Assembly (NCBI GenBank): GCA_964016885.1
Contig: OZ024741.1
Coordinates: 83,266,001-83,330,000 of the forward strand
Direction: 5' to 3'
DNA length: 64,000 nucleotides
Source of the DNA: Eledone cirrhosa
Lineage: Eukaryota
A program made the translations under genes and the position numbers. Every line of letters begins with the position of its first letter. Positions within the stretch are counted from its first letter, which is position 1. The notes under the pieces are model-generated. The model was not told the origin of the DNA, searched no databases, and saw only the letters and a list, made by a program, of their open reading frames with translations. Positions 30,473-48,545 of this stretch are shown here, one piece after another.

Positions 30473-31032
30473 TACATACATATATATTTGTATATATATA
30501 TATACACACATATATATATTTTCTTTTTACATGCATACGCACACACAGTCCCACACACACATATATATATATAAATATATGCATATATACATACTCCCAT
30601 ATATACATACGTACATCAAATCATATATACATAAAAACATACATATATATATATATATATATACGAATGTATATATAATGTATTTTGTACATACATACCT
30701 AAGTACATAGGAGATATATTGAGAGTTAGTGATGTTTTATGATGAAGTAGCATTAACTAATTGACTGGAAAACGTTTGAGATTGGCTTCCTACGTTGCTA
30801 ACAGTGCATTCTAATTAGCTATTGAATAACTGTGCTGTATAACATTATAAAAGCGCTCGCCAACATCGCACACCAAAATACATTGATCGATCGCAACGTG
30901 TCTGATAATTAGAAAAAGTCATTTTATACAAAACACAATGAGCAGGACGGGATATGTAGAAATTTGCTAACGATTTCGTGTGTGTGTCTAGGCGTGTCAG
31001 TGTGTGCGCTGGGAGTGTGAGTGTCTCTGCTG

Positions 31033-31076
<44 letters not shown>

Positions 31077-31534
31077 CTGTGCTGGCGTGTGAGTGTGTGT
31101 GCTGGCGTGTGTGCATGCACGATCGCATGTGAATGTGTTTGGACAATACTTATATAATTAAATGTCTACCTACTTTCATTCACTGTCATATATACCTGTG
31201 TGTGTGTGTGTGTTTGTGCAGTACGTGCGTGTGAGTGTAACTTTCTATGTATCAGGGTGTGTTTGTGAATCTCTGATTGTGTACCAGTGTTTGTGTGCAA
31301 GTGTGTTGTCAGGAATATATTTGATTTGTTTAACTTATTAGATTTTCCCACATTTCCTATCTACTAATACGCATTTTAAACAACTTTTCTAGACATTCAT
31401 AGTCTCCCAATCATGAATTACTGTGTTTTGGGGAATATTTTACTGCTTCCGATCTTTATAAAATTTTATGCAGATCTATCTTTGCCTGCACTGTAATCAC
31501 TTTCTTACAACACGTCTAAATGATAAACTGTTTC

Positions 31535-31632
<98 letters not shown>

Positions 31633-31736
31633 GTATTGAAGTTTCCGTTGAAAATAGAAAAAGTCATAGGAGTGAAGAGTGCTCTATGTAAGTACCAGAG
31701 CAAAATTTAATGTATAAAAACAATACAATATAATTA

Positions 31737-31798
31737 CCTCATTACCAGAGGTTTCCCGAATAAGACGAATACGAAAGAAACGTCTTCGTCGGACGAGG
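31737..31798 (-). ncRNA. Hammerhead motif with one core mutation
   Basis: CCTCGT CCGACGA AGACG..CGTCT.. GAAA CC-TCT-GGTA ATGAGG; stem I pairs. Confidence 0.55.
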
Positions 31799-32900
31799 CA
31801 ATATAAAACATAGAGAAATATTTGGAAAGTGTCTTCAAGAAATGCAAAAAAATTATATATATATAGATAAAGGTAATACAATAGATATATGAAATATATA
31901 AAAACATTTTTTTTTTTTTTAAAGAAATATAGTTAGGTGTGTGTATATGTATGTATATACACTCACAGATATACATATGTATCTATGTACAAATGTGTGT
32001 GTATAGTGAAAATGTGTGCGTAAATATATGTATGAGGGCAAGTATATCTGTGTATATGTAACCATAGGCACAGACATGATATGAGTGTCTGGTTGACAGG
32101 TATACAGAAAAACAGGGTATTAGATACATTATAAGAATATGAAGGCACGCTTATAAACACACACACACGCGCGTACACTTATATGCGGAAGAAAAGGAGG
32201 TAAAGGAGTGTAATTGTAAAAAGAAAGTATCATTCTCGATATATTTATAAAAATGGAACAATAATTTAGAAAGAAAAAATTGCAAAGTAAAGAAAAGAAA
32301 ACAAACAAGGTACACGCGTACATACACACATATATCTATGAGAAACATATATATATAAAATATATATATATACACGCAATACGTGCTGACAAAAGCGTAT
32401 GCAAGCGTACATACACACATAGGATGCACATATATATATACATACACATCGCCCCATGTATATCTAATCACGTGTACGTACACGACTGTATACACACACA
32501 CACACATACACACACATAAGTATATATATATATACATACGCACACATACACATCCACACATGCAGTACGTACACACACACACACACATACACATATATAT
32601 ATATATATATACACGCACGCGCCGGCACATACGGAGGCGTTCGTGTACATATACAGAAAGTATACACACATAAAGACGCTAGAGACACATAGATACAGGG
32701 TGTAAAAACAGCCTTGTGAATAAGTGAGTACAAATAAAAAAATATAAAATTGGCTGCGAAATAACAGAAAATATCTAGAGTGGAAAACGCAAGTGACTGG
32801 TGTAATCAGGTAGTGAAGAAAATAGGGAAAAGGTGGAAAGTGAAGATATTAGGTAAGTGAATCGGAGAATAAAGGGGTGGTTGTTGTGTTGGATGTGAAG

Positions 32901-33165
32901 TAAAAATAAAAATAAAAATAAAAATAAAAATAAAAATAAAAATAAAAATAAAAATAAAAATAAAAATAAAAATAAAAATAAAAATAAAAATAAAAATAAA
33001 AATAAAAATAAAAATAAAAATAAAAATAAAAATAAAAATAAAAATAAAAATAAAAATAAAAATAAAAATAAAAATAAAAATAAAAATAAAAATAAAAATA
33101 AAATTAAAAATAAAAATAAAAATAAAAATAAAAATAAAAATAAAAATAAAAATAAAAATAAAATT
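32901..33165. repeat. (TAAAAA)n hexanucleotide microsatellite
   Basis: Direct reading. Confidence 0.9.
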
Positions 33166-33864
33166 AAGGTTAAAAATGAAAGTAAATCAGAAAAGGTAGT
33201 CTTAAAGAGAATAATTTAAGTGAAGAATAAGAGCTTATGGAGGATAAGTATCTGAAAGTGTGTTAAGTTTATATGAGCTGGAAAGAAGGTGTGATTTCAT
33301 GTGTGGGCAACTGGTGAACATTTCTGTCTTTGTGTTTAGGTAGGTCTTTGGTGATTTAAGGTTTTGCAAAATCCAATATTTTTCATTTATGCAGAGCGTG
33401 CATTTTCTTGTTCCTCTTGCATATTCTTTAGATTGGTTCAAAATTGACCAATCCAATTTATATTGGATACCTTGGTCTTTCATATCCCATATTCTGCTAG
33501 CCAGAGCTATTGTAAATCTTTTTTTCTGGATGTCGAAAGGATGCGACATGTGAGTAATAACGCGTTTTGAATTTGTCTTGCGTCATACTCACATATCGTT
33601 CACTGGTGGCTGGTTGGTTGTTGCTGATGGTTGTCACTTTAGCCGCATATACAATGGCTTTGGTGTTGCATTTACCTAGTAATGGGCAATCACTTTTTAT
33701 TCTACAGGAGCAATTTTGATGTTATCTAGGTGATTTGTTGTTGATTATATAAAATTTAATAGGGGAACCGCAGGAGTAGCTAATTTTGACACAGTATCTA
33801 TTAAAGATCTTATAGTATCTGTGTTCTAGGGAAATGTTTATCTTTATTTATATATATATAAAGT

Positions 33865-33981
<117 letters not shown>

Positions 33982-34937
33982 ATAGATATTTTTGTTCACA
34001 TGCCTGAATAATTGGACTATGAAACCAATGGTGGAACATAAATATTTAGTATATGAAACTTTGTTTGTATTTTATATATGTGTGTGTTTGTTTGTGCGTG
34101 TGGGGGGTGAGTGTGTGTGTGTGTGTGTGTGTATGTGTGTGTGTGTGTGTGTGTGTGCACGCCTGTGTGTGTGCACGCCTGTGTGTGTGCACGCCTGTGT
34201 GTGTGCACGCCTGTGTGTGTATGCCACTGAATGGGAGTTAGGTTAGTATAAAGACATAAAAATTCATTTGAGAGAAATGGCGATAACTCTATCTGAGTAT
34301 AACAATCCACAATTCGTTATATGGTCTGTAAATAATTGGATTAAGTAAGTTCTCATAAGAGACATAAACATCAAGGGCATAAGGAAGCAAGCCGTTGGTT
34401 CCATATACGGTGAAATCAACGAGGGAAACCTATCTATATACATATATATATGTAGGTGTGTGCGAGTGTGTGTGAGTGTGTATATATATATATATTTATA
34501 ATACAATTGTTTGTATATACATACACACACAGACACACACACACACAGATATACATATATATACATATATAACGGATGAAGGAGTAATAACACGGATAAG
34601 CGATATCATGGGGTTTTATTCCATGCATTAACATATATTTCATCGCTTAATATGCAATTAATTATGTCTTAAACATTATCGCCAATAGTTAATTGGTTAT
34701 TGCGAAATTCGATTTTAAATACACAGAATAATGCAGCGACTAGGCGAATTATGAAAACATTGATCGTGAGACCAGTGATACAGCGGTCTTATACCAAATA
34801 ATATATTGAGTCAACTAGCACCGCACGTTGAAATATTCCTCGGTACAGATTACTCATAACCTGACCTTAGATAACTTTAAACGATATCTCGATATATATA
34901 TATATATATGTGTGTGGGTGTGTGTGTGTGTTTGTGT

Positions 34938-34973
<36 letters not shown>

Positions 34974-35164
34974 GTGTGTGTGTATGTGTGTGTATGTGTG
35001 TGTGTGTGTTAGTGTGTGTGTGTGTGTGTGTATGTGTGTGTGTGTTAGTGTGTGTGTGTGTGTGATCAGGTGTGTTAGGTAAACAAATATCACTATATAT
35101 ATGCAGAATTGACCACTCATGGAAGTGTACATGTATGTGCACTTACCTCGGAATATAATCATAA

Positions 35165-35345
35165 TAATTGTTTCTACTTTTGGCACAAGGTCAACAATTA
35201 CCCCTGTGCATTACGGGTACTTTATTCTATCGACCCCGAGAGGATGAACGATGAAGTTAACCTCGGCGGGATTGACTCAGACATAAAGGGCCGTAACTCA
35301 GTGCCTCAAAGCATGGTGTCCGACATTCTAGTGATACTACCAACC
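35165..35345 (-). mobile_element. SINE copy (family of 13411)
   Basis: GGTACTTTATTCTATCGACCCCGAGAGGATGAA..GTTAACCTCGGCGGGATTGACTCAGAC is the reverse complement of the SINE body. Confidence 0.8.
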
Positions 35346-35405
35346 ATAGTAATAAATTACAAGTCAACAGGTTAGGAATTCATCCATTCATTCAGTATAA
35401 AATCG

Positions 35406-35457
35406 CTGTTATATATATTTCGATGTGTTATGCTACAGTTATGACCTCGTCAGACAG
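35406..35457 (-). ncRNA. Minimal hammerhead motif
   Basis: CTGT CTGACGA GGT..ATC GAAA T-ATAT-ATA ACAG; 4-bp stem I; stem II weak. Confidence 0.55.
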
Positions 35458-35499
35458 ATATTAGTTGAAAAAATGACGAAGAATAACTAAAAAGTACAA

Positions 35500-35800
35500 C
35501 CTCACATTTTCGAAAACAAAATCCTCACTGGATGTGGTAAGGAAGATATAGCATTTATACTTAGGATGCAGCTAATACCAAACCATGTGCCATTTCGCTT
35601 CGAATGATTGCAATACCTAGTGAGTATCAGTTATGCTATGGCAATTAACAAATCCCTAGATCAAACTTTGCAGGCTGTCAGTTCTCATCTGGAAGATGCT
35701 GTTTCTCACATGATCAATTGTATGAAGGTTATTCCAGACTAGAAAGAACTTAAAAACTCTTCATTTATTGCTTCAAAGAAAAACGTTAAAACATTGTAAA
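35500..35800 (+). pseudogene. Helitron helicase C-terminal remnant
   Basis: LIPNHVPFRFE*LQY.VSISYAMAINKSLDQTLQAV..LED..FSHDQLYEGYSR with frameshifts. Confidence 0.75.
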
Positions 35801-36285
35801 TGTTTCATAGTTTCGTAGACTCAATGTTTCTATTATTTTCTTTATTACGTTGTGAATCTAAGTATTCTACATAATAATTTCAAATAATGTTATGCAATAT
35901 TTAAACACCTTCTAACGTCATCTATGATATGGAAAATGGAAATTACAACAGATGACAATAAGTGAATTATGAATAGATATAGGCACAGTACAGAGCGGGG
36001 CAAGAGCCGGGAGGCCACGTGAATGTATATAAATCTGTGAATTGGTTAATATAGAAGGCTGTTGAAGTTTTTCTTTATAAAGGTAAGATAGTTTGATATA
36101 CAGTTGTGAGAAAAGAGATTGAAAAGTATTTGGCCGTTATATTTCGTTAGTTATCATAGTATGTATAGAAAAATATATATATCGTATATTTATAGATACA
36201 TATTTACTGATATATATATATATATATATATATCAGTAAATATTTATTTATTAATATACGATATATATATATATATCTATACGTA

Positions 36286-36445
<160 letters not shown>

Positions 36446-36552
36446 TGTGTTTTAGTGTTAGGTAATTCCGAAGAAAAAGCAAAGGAAAAGGAGTGCTCTG
36501 TGTATAGTACGGAACTATTTAATTAGAAAGTGAACAACACTATATATAAGTA

Positions 36553-36620
36553 CTCCATTACCAAAGGTTTCTTGATCCTAGACAATATTAATATACGTCT
36601 GAATCGTTCATCAGATAGAG
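36553..36620 (-). ncRNA. Type I hammerhead ribozyme
   Basis: CTCTAT CTGATGA ac-GATT-c-AGAC..GTCT-a-GGATC-aa GAAA CC-TTT-GGTA ATGGAG; flank resembles 31637-31740 and 37885-37950. Confidence 0.7.
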
Positions 36621-36816
36621 GTGTTTTGAATAGAAAATATGAAATGAGATTTAAAATCTACTAGAAATTGGAAGTGAGGCTGGAAATATAACGGAAAATA
36701 CACATGAGAAAAAATATAAAAAAGAATATATAAACATTAATATATAAGAAAAATAATATATAAACATATATAGGAAAATATAAAAGCATATGTGCACACA
36801 TTCAGATATAAGTGAA

Positions 36817-36853
<37 letters not shown>

Positions 36854-36981
36854 ATTATATATATATATATATATACACGTATACATATATATACGCATAT
36901 ATACACACGAAAATATATATATACACACACATACATATATACACATATATATACACACACATATATATATATATAATATAT

Positions 36982-37320
36982 ATTTCGTTTCTGAATTTGT
37001 TTAGCAAGATACTTTATCTGAAAACGTGTGTTGAAACGATATTGTTATGCTTTGGGGGAGGGGTCATGTTGCCAATAAGAAACACATGCACCAGTTGCTT
37101 TCACTCCAATGTATTATAAGTTAAATTTATAAATTTAAGAATTTATAAATTTACGCTTGGTTGGTTCCATAACCGGACAGTTGTTCATATATTGTCAAAG
37201 TTCTTTCGTCACACATTCTGCGACCTCTTCAGTCACTAGGGATTCCTTTTCTTTGTTTTTGGGCCTCTCCTTTGTTCTGTCCTACGCCATCTTGTTTGTG
37301 TGTGTGTTGTGTATTAAGTT
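36982..37320 (-). mobile_element. Copy of the 6330/63543 HHR family (HHR ~37195-37237)
   Basis: Closely similar to 63543-63870; CTGAAGA-GGTCGC..GTGAC-GAAAGAACTT-TGAC. Confidence 0.8.
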
Positions 37321-37638
37321 TGCGCAAACTACACACAAAAGTACACACACACACATTTTCATACATACGCACATATATATATATACGTATAACCTTCCAC
37401 TGGATTATACCATCAATTTCCTGGAGGTCCTGCTAAATTTTTTGTTTAACCTGTTTAGCTTGCTTCGTTTTTTCAGCTCCGGTGGCTAATAGCTTCATGA
37501 CCGCCGTTTTCAGTTTGTTTGGCCTCTATAACATTTGTTAATTGCTTTGGTCTTCTTTTAGTCCATTGCGGCTTGCCGCATACTTCGAAAATTGCGTTTC
37601 GCTTTGATTTTGACCACAGCCGAAATGCGATCTCCCTG

Positions 37639-37689
<51 letters not shown>

Positions 37690-37725
37690 TATATAAATAT
37701 ATGAATATATATATATATCTATATA

Positions 37726-37759
<34 letters not shown>

Positions 37760-37958
37760 TGTATGGACGTAAGTACGCCCTTATGTATGCATGTATTTGT
37801 ATGTACGTGTGTATAATATATATATGTGTGCGTTGTATTGTATATGTATATATATATATTTCTATTCATATATATATGTGTGAATGAAGTAATTCCGTCG
37901 GAAAAGTCCAGGAAAAAAGAGTGCTATATGTAGGTAGCAGAGCTTAATAGTTATGTAG

Positions 37959-38020
<62 letters not shown>

Positions 38021-38095
38021 ATATATATAAATATATAGATATAGATATAGATATAGATATATGAATATATCTATATCTATATCTATATATATATA

Positions 38096-39702
<1,607 letters not shown>

Positions 39703-40761
39703 TAGAAATATATATATATAATTATATACATATACACACGCACACATATATATACATATATACACGTCCATAAACATATATATATACATGCATACACACG
39801 TACATACAAATACATGCATACATAGGCGCGTACTTACGGCCATACAATTGTATGCATACATACACATGGTCACCTACAAAAGTACATATATGGGTGGGTT
39901 AAGGATTAAGTGGACTCAGTAAATGAGTGAAAAATAAATTTAGATGTGATATAAAATAAGTGTTGAAGTTATGCGGTGAAGGTCCTGGGTGGATAAAATA
40001 AAAGTGAGTTTTCAGGAAATCAAGAAGTCAATAAGTGAATAATATAGGTGTAAAATAAAATAAGGGGGTAAAATAAAATAAAATAAGTGTTGAATATCTT
40101 AATCTCTTATACTTAGAATAATAGGTCATTTTTTTTTTCTTTTATATGCTCTCCTTTCCCATCAGATGTATACTCCTTTTAGCTTGCTCTGATTTATAAT
40201 TATTTATTTATTACATACTTCCTCCATCCCTCCTTCTTAATTATTTTTAGTATTAAACCTCACTATCAATGTCTTTTTCCTCCTTACGGGATAAATTATA
40301 TACTCTTTGACCACATTCTTTATAACCCCTTTCTTTTTTCTGTTTTTAATTTTAATTTTAATTATTGTAATTAGTATTAATAATGATATATCTCTTATTT
40401 TTAGTCTTTCCTTTTATTCTTTATTCTATTTCTTCACTGTATGACCCTTAGACACTTCTTCATTACTAAATTTAACACAACCACTAATTTAACACATGTC
40501 TAATAATTTGACGTCTTATACTCTGATATACCTAGCTTGATCATTAAATATGATAATCATACTTTTCTTTTCTTCTATCTTTATATTACCGTTTATTTTA
40601 TAATATATTAGATTTTATTTTTGTTGCATCTGTTAAAATATACATTAGTTCCTCTAATTATTTTATTCTTAATGATTCCTCTCATATTAACTCTCTTGAA
40701 TAATATTGCACGCAATTTCTTTTCACACTTATATTCGTTATTTTATTCTACCGTAATAAAA

Positions 40762-40872
40762 ATTGTTTCTACTTTTGGCACAAGGCCAGCAATTATCCGG
40801 TGCATTACTGGTACTTTATTTTATCGACCTCGTAAGGATGAAAGGCAAAGTTAACCTCGGCGGGATTTGAAC
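40762..40872 (-). mobile_element. SINE 3' fragment
   Basis: Reverse complement of the SINE body; flanked by the direct repeat ATTCTACCGTAATAA. Confidence 0.75.
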
Positions 40873-41545
40873 ATTCTACCGTAATAATAATAATACCACT
40901 TCTCATCCTCTTTTAAATATATCAACTTCAATTAAGAACCAGATTTTAATTCTTTTTATTATCAAATATTCTCCCTTTCTTCATACTTATGCCCCTTGCT
41001 ATTTACACCTGCTTACTTCCTGTTTGTCATTCTTCTATTATTTAAACTTTTAACTTCTTTGATTTTAGCATGTATTTTAATTCTGTTTCGGTCCCTCGAA
41101 TGGTAAGTGGCATAGTTTGCCTTTCATGTTTTTTGTAGTCCCCACCATCAGTGATACGTATTTTTAAATTTTATGCTAATTTTCTTTTTGGTTCTGAAGT
41201 TGAGGTCAGTTCTTGGTTCAGTTTTCTTATCATATGTTATTTTCGATTATATAATTGATAATTTTTATTTTCATCAACTAAATTTTGATATAATTTCTCA
41301 AATAGTTGTAAACAAATAAATATATTTGTTCAAGAATTCGTTACTGTATCTCTAACAATTAATTTTCATATCTGCCTATACAATTTTTATTGTTCACTTG
41401 ACTTGCATTTAATACGCATTGAGTACACTGTCCTTTTCACTACTGGGATATAATTCTCACAACTAATCTCATAACTATCCGTCTAGATTGGTTTGTACAC
41501 ACAGCTTTGATATATATACACACGCACACACACAACACACACACG

Positions 41546-43370
<1,825 letters not shown>

Positions 43371-43529
43371 TATACACACTTCGACAGCACTCTAATACAT
43401 ATTGCCTCTACAGGTAATTAAAGTGTATATACATTTATATATTTTTCGCATCCTGTATATATATATACATATATATGTGTGTGTGTGTGTATATATGCGT
43501 GTGTGTGTGTGTGTATGTCACGTTGCTCT

Positions 43530-44005
43530 CGAGTGCTACTGGTAACAGTACTATCTGTCTCATGGTCGGGTCGTCGGCCACTAAACCGGCAACCCCACCC
43601 AGCTAGCTTGGTGAGGAGCGTGATATTTGGCCACGCTGGGAGATGAAATACGACAGCCGGCAAAGGGTGGAGGAACTCAGCAGAGTCACCGGCTGTTCAA
43701 ATAGTTTGTTTTTTTTCACCTGGGGATGAAAGGCCCCTAGTTGTTATCACATCACCTTTCTAGGTGACGGAAACTCTGAAAAATAACCTGTGGCTTAGTA
43801 ACCATCCGTTGATGTTGACTAGTTCTCCTTTTCGGGTAGTGTTTTCGATGCTCAGAGATTGGGATCGGTCGAGTGCAAGGCCTTCCCCCACTTAAAAACC
43901 TTCAAAGCACATACATTGCTTGTTCAGGATATGCCACAGGCTTGTGTGGCTGGTGGTAACCTAAAAGTGTACCAAACTCTATAATCTGACAAGCGATTGC
44001 AATAC
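43530..44005 (+). mobile_element. Short non-coding RTE-UTR-like element
   Basis: 5' end matches the 5' end of the 38162-38798 element; body matches 20555-20760. Confidence 0.6.
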
Positions 44006-44042
44006 ATTAGCAGAATTTGCAGCCATCATATATATTTATATA

Positions 44043-44141
<99 letters not shown>

Positions 44142-44145
44142 ATGT

Positions 44146-44257
<112 letters not shown>

Positions 44258-44624
44258 ATTCTGTGTGATTCTGTGTGATTCTGTGTGAGTTAATGAATGA
44301 GGCATGGCTGAAATCATGACAAAAGGTTTTCTGTTTGAACTCAGGGTATGTTGCCATGTATGTTTTTACTATGTCCATTGAGTTCAGAGTATAATTGGGT
44401 AGTCGTAAATTTGATGTACCTACATCTTTTCAGCCAGCGCGAGTTGGTTCTTTCGTGCTTTGCTGCTTCCAAGTTGATTTTGATGGTTTTACGTGTGCGC
44501 ACCCATATTCCCACAATATCATTCTTTTGATGATGAGTCGTGCGTATATTTGCTTTTCATGCCGTATCATTTAAAAAATTATCCAAGAAAGTATCCACAG
44601 CAGATTACCATAAGACTTGTAAAA

Positions 44625-44830
44625 TCACATGGCTTAGTGTTTAGGCTGCTCCGCTCACGATCTTGCGGTTCTGTGTTCGATCTTTGTTGAAGCATTGTAC
44701 GCTTGTGTCAGATGCATTATTTCACGGAGTTCTTTTCCACTAAATTGCACATAATGAGTTGTACTTGACATTTAAGTGGCTAGTCACGTCACTTACTTTG
44801 TTACGCTGAATCTCCCTGGGAACTGCAGTA
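44625..44830 (+). mobile_element. Degenerate tRNA-derived SINE
   Basis: A-box-like TGGCTTAGTGTTTAGG and B-box-like TGTTCGATC; GCTGAATCTC block also seen inverted near 55975. Confidence 0.5.
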
Positions 44831-46046
44831 CATAACTATACAAATACTCCGCCACACGTCCGATAATTTCATATACACATACACATATCTACACTCAAAC
44901 AGAAATGCCCAAACGGACATGTTTCTCTGGTGGAATATATTTGAACAAGATCTCCAAGTATGTCTCAGCATCAGATTTCTATGAGAACCTGTTGTGGAAA
45001 ATAACTAAATTTGCTCCATGAAATCTATTAACTGGCTACATAATGTTTCACTTCCGTTTCCTGAGAGAATCTTTAGCGAAAGATCCAGTTGTTATGCTTT
45101 ATTCCCATTTTACGTATTGTTTTAAAGGTTTATAAATGTTCTTTTAATTATTTTATTATCAATTTATTTATGTATATTATGTATGTATGTAGTTATTCTC
45201 ATTTCTGTAACAGATTATTTTGGATAGACATTTTAAATGCAGGAGAAGAAAATTTATTAGCTACTCTAAATAACCATCTAGAGAGCACACCCCCTTCGCA
45301 CACAAACGCACACACACACACCCACACATACACACACACAGACACGCACACGCACACACACACACACACACGCGCACCTACACAAGTATAAATCTACACT
45401 AAGACATGCAGGCTTGCAGATACACAAAAACACGCCCACACACACGCGGAAACATACACGGGTACATATAAACAATTGCGTATATACTAATAGGCAAACA
45501 TATCTAAACATACTCGGGAGAATACATATAAACGCATAAGCAAAAATACAGAAAAGCACACACCGACATGTAAACACACGCACACAACACAGTGCACGTA
45601 CATAAACAGGGAAACACGCATCGAGACATATGTGAGCATATATATATATATATGCTCATATATATATATATATATGAGGTGAGTTTTATTGTAGTACAAT
45701 AAAGCAATGCAGATATCGGATAAGAAGCACTCTACAGTTTGTAGGACTGGAGTATACATAATATATAAGAACATGTAAAACAATATATTTTTCTCAGTTA
45801 TAAAAGCTATCTCTCTCTCTCTCTCTATCACCCATCTCTCCTCCTATCTCATCCTTCCTCATTATACTCCTCCCTCTCCACTTTTTACTCTCATCTCCTC
45901 CTCCTCTTTTTCACCCACCCCCACACCCCCACCCCCCAAAAAAATATTTTTCCCAATATCACACATCAATCTAAAACTACTTTTCATATGTTGATTTAAA
46001 ACTGCACTATCCACAAGTGTTTTTTAACCTTCATATCATGTCTTCC

Positions 46047-46117
46047 TATTTTATCTGATGAAAACACAAATATTATTGCATGAAGATATTTGTTTTTGAA
46101 ATGCGCATAATAAAATA
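46047..46117 (+). ncRNA. Type I hammerhead ribozyme
   Basis: TATTTTAT CTGATGA aaac-ACAAATAT..ATATTTGT-tttt GAAA T-GCGC-ATA ATAAAATA; 8-bp stem I, palindromic stem III; (TA)n about 30 nt downstream. Confidence 0.8.
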
Positions 46118-46182
46118 CATGGAACCGTTTAAACAACTTTTGTTCTTATATATATATATGTATATATATATATACATATATG

Positions 46183-46238
<56 letters not shown>

Positions 46239-46801
46239 AAAGTTGTCTGCACACGCACAATGATATGCAGTCATGAAGAAACACACATTCGTACATATAC
46301 TAAATAGATACAGACATACACATGCATATACAGTACACATGCGCTCACAGGTAAAATATGCAGAAACACTCCTACAAGGATACACAGAATTACACATTCA
46401 CACAGAGGTACTGTCAGTACATAGAACGAACAAAGAGGCAAACAATATTCTACGTGACTAATTTTATCATGTATGTGTTTGTAGAACACCGCCACCGCCA
46501 CCAACAACATGAACACAATAAAACCGACAAAACACATGGAACAATAAAGTGTGGAAAATATTACAGAAACTATACGGAAACAAACAAAAAACTAAGAAAT
46601 TAGGTTAATTTTCTGAATGTTTTGGTTTGTAATTTTTATGATGATTCCAGAATAATTCAATTGTAATGTCTAAAAGTTAACCATGGCAATACTAAGAAAC
46701 CAGAAACGAATAAGCAATACATTTAACATTCTACAACTAATGTATATATATATGTATATACATATTTAAATATATATTACGTGTATACATATTTACATAT
46801 A

Positions 46802-46883
<82 letters not shown>

Positions 46884-46978
46884 TACATATATATATGTGT
46901 GTGTGTATATACAAACACACATATATATATATGTAGATATGTATGTGTATATATATATATATGCATACATATATACAA

Positions 46979-47014
<36 letters not shown>

Positions 47015-47039
47015 GTATATACTGTATATATATGTATGC

Positions 47040-47111
<72 letters not shown>

Positions 47112-47164
47112 ACAAACACACACACATATATACATATATATATATATGTATACATATGTATATG

Positions 47165-47220
<56 letters not shown>

Positions 47221-47231
47221 CATATGTATAC

Positions 47232-47263
<32 letters not shown>

Positions 47264-48166
47264 GTGCGTGTGTTTGTATACATGTGTGTATATATATATA
47301 TGTATGTACACACACAAATATACATAGTGACAATGAGAGTGTATTTGAATGTGTGGGAATCATGTGTTACACTATGTACGCATATCTACTAGATTGTGTT
47401 TAAACCTATTTTTTAATACTCTTCGTTTATTATATTTATTAGTTTTTACTTTGAATATTGACGAAAAACCCAAAAGAAATACTTGCAATTTGAGGGGCAC
47501 TGACAATGTATTTTATTTCTTTGTATGTGTGCGTTTGCTCTCTAGCTGTGTACGTGTGTCTCTTATAATGTGTTATTTTTTTATCTTTTAATAATTTTTT
47601 ATTGATTATTTTCGTATTTTTGTGTTGGAGTATCGATTATATTCTTTCTTTTTTATTGTAGTTGTTGTGTTTGTGGAATTTTTTCTTTCTCTATATTTTT
47701 CGTAGCAGTAAATGTTGCTCCTTGTTTGGTTCAACATTTCATTGCACTAAGACAGACGCTGGTACAATATTCCGAGCAAAGGAAATCAGATTTGCAGAGA
47801 CGTCAGAATGTCAGAGAAGTGCTCACAACAGCCATTGCTTTATTTAATTTTAAATTCATTTTATATAATGTTCTTCCATATATTCTTTATTCCTTATCAA
47901 ACCTATAACAATTAATTACGATAATAATCTTCTGTCCCTGTGTATATCTGTATGCATATCTAGCTGTCTATCATTTAACTGCAATACGAATTTGTGATGT
48001 TGTTAATGTTTTAAGCTTTGTTCTTGTCCAAAGATAGATATATTGGTAAATATACAGAAATAGATAACTATATTGGATGGAAAAGCATGCAAGTAAGAGA
48101 ATATATAGATATACATGTATGTAGATTTATATATAGTTAGCTAGACAGATAGACAGACAGATAGAT

Positions 48167-48215
<49 letters not shown>

Positions 48216-48344
48216 CAGAGAGGAGATGCGTGGGTAGATAAATAGATAGATAGATGAAGAAGGAGACAGAGTATGAGAGAGAAGAGATATAGAGAGAGAT
48301 AGGTGCTGGGTTAATTGTCCCAAGATATGGATAGCTTCTTTTCA

Positions 48345-48545
48345 GCATTATTTTGCTATCGGTAGAGGGTTGGACGCCATGCTTTGATGCATAGAGTTAA
48401 GATCCTTGCCATTCTGAGTTCAAATCCCGCCTAGGTTAAATTTGCCATTCATCCTTAAATGTCGATAAAACATTCGATAAAATAAAGTACCAGTAATGCA
48501 CTGGGATAATTGCTGGCCTTGTACCAAAAGTAGAAACAATTATTT
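48345..48545 (+). mobile_element. SINE copy (family of 13411)
   Basis: TCTGAGTTCAAATCCCGCC..TTTGCCATTCATCCT..GATAAAATAAAGTACCAGTAATGCACTGG. Confidence 0.75.

Larger units (their letters stand above)
31637..33845 (-). mobile_element. Penelope-like element 3' remnant (GIY-YIG at 33235-33840; extent of 3' region inferred)
   Basis: CSCRIKSDCPLLGKC..AIVYAAKV..RYVSMTQDKFKTRYYSH; CTLCINEKYWIL..LNTKTEMFTSCPH; HHR on the same strand downstream. Confidence 0.8.

Noticed and set aside
30770-30960. Cluster of TAATTA, ATCGAT and ACAATG motifs suggesting an enhancer
   Set aside because: Short motifs are expected by chance in AT-rich DNA; it cannot be supported without conservation data.
44295-44570. Coding-looking island on the minus strand
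   Set aside because: Short frames with stops, no clear splice pair and no recognisable motif.
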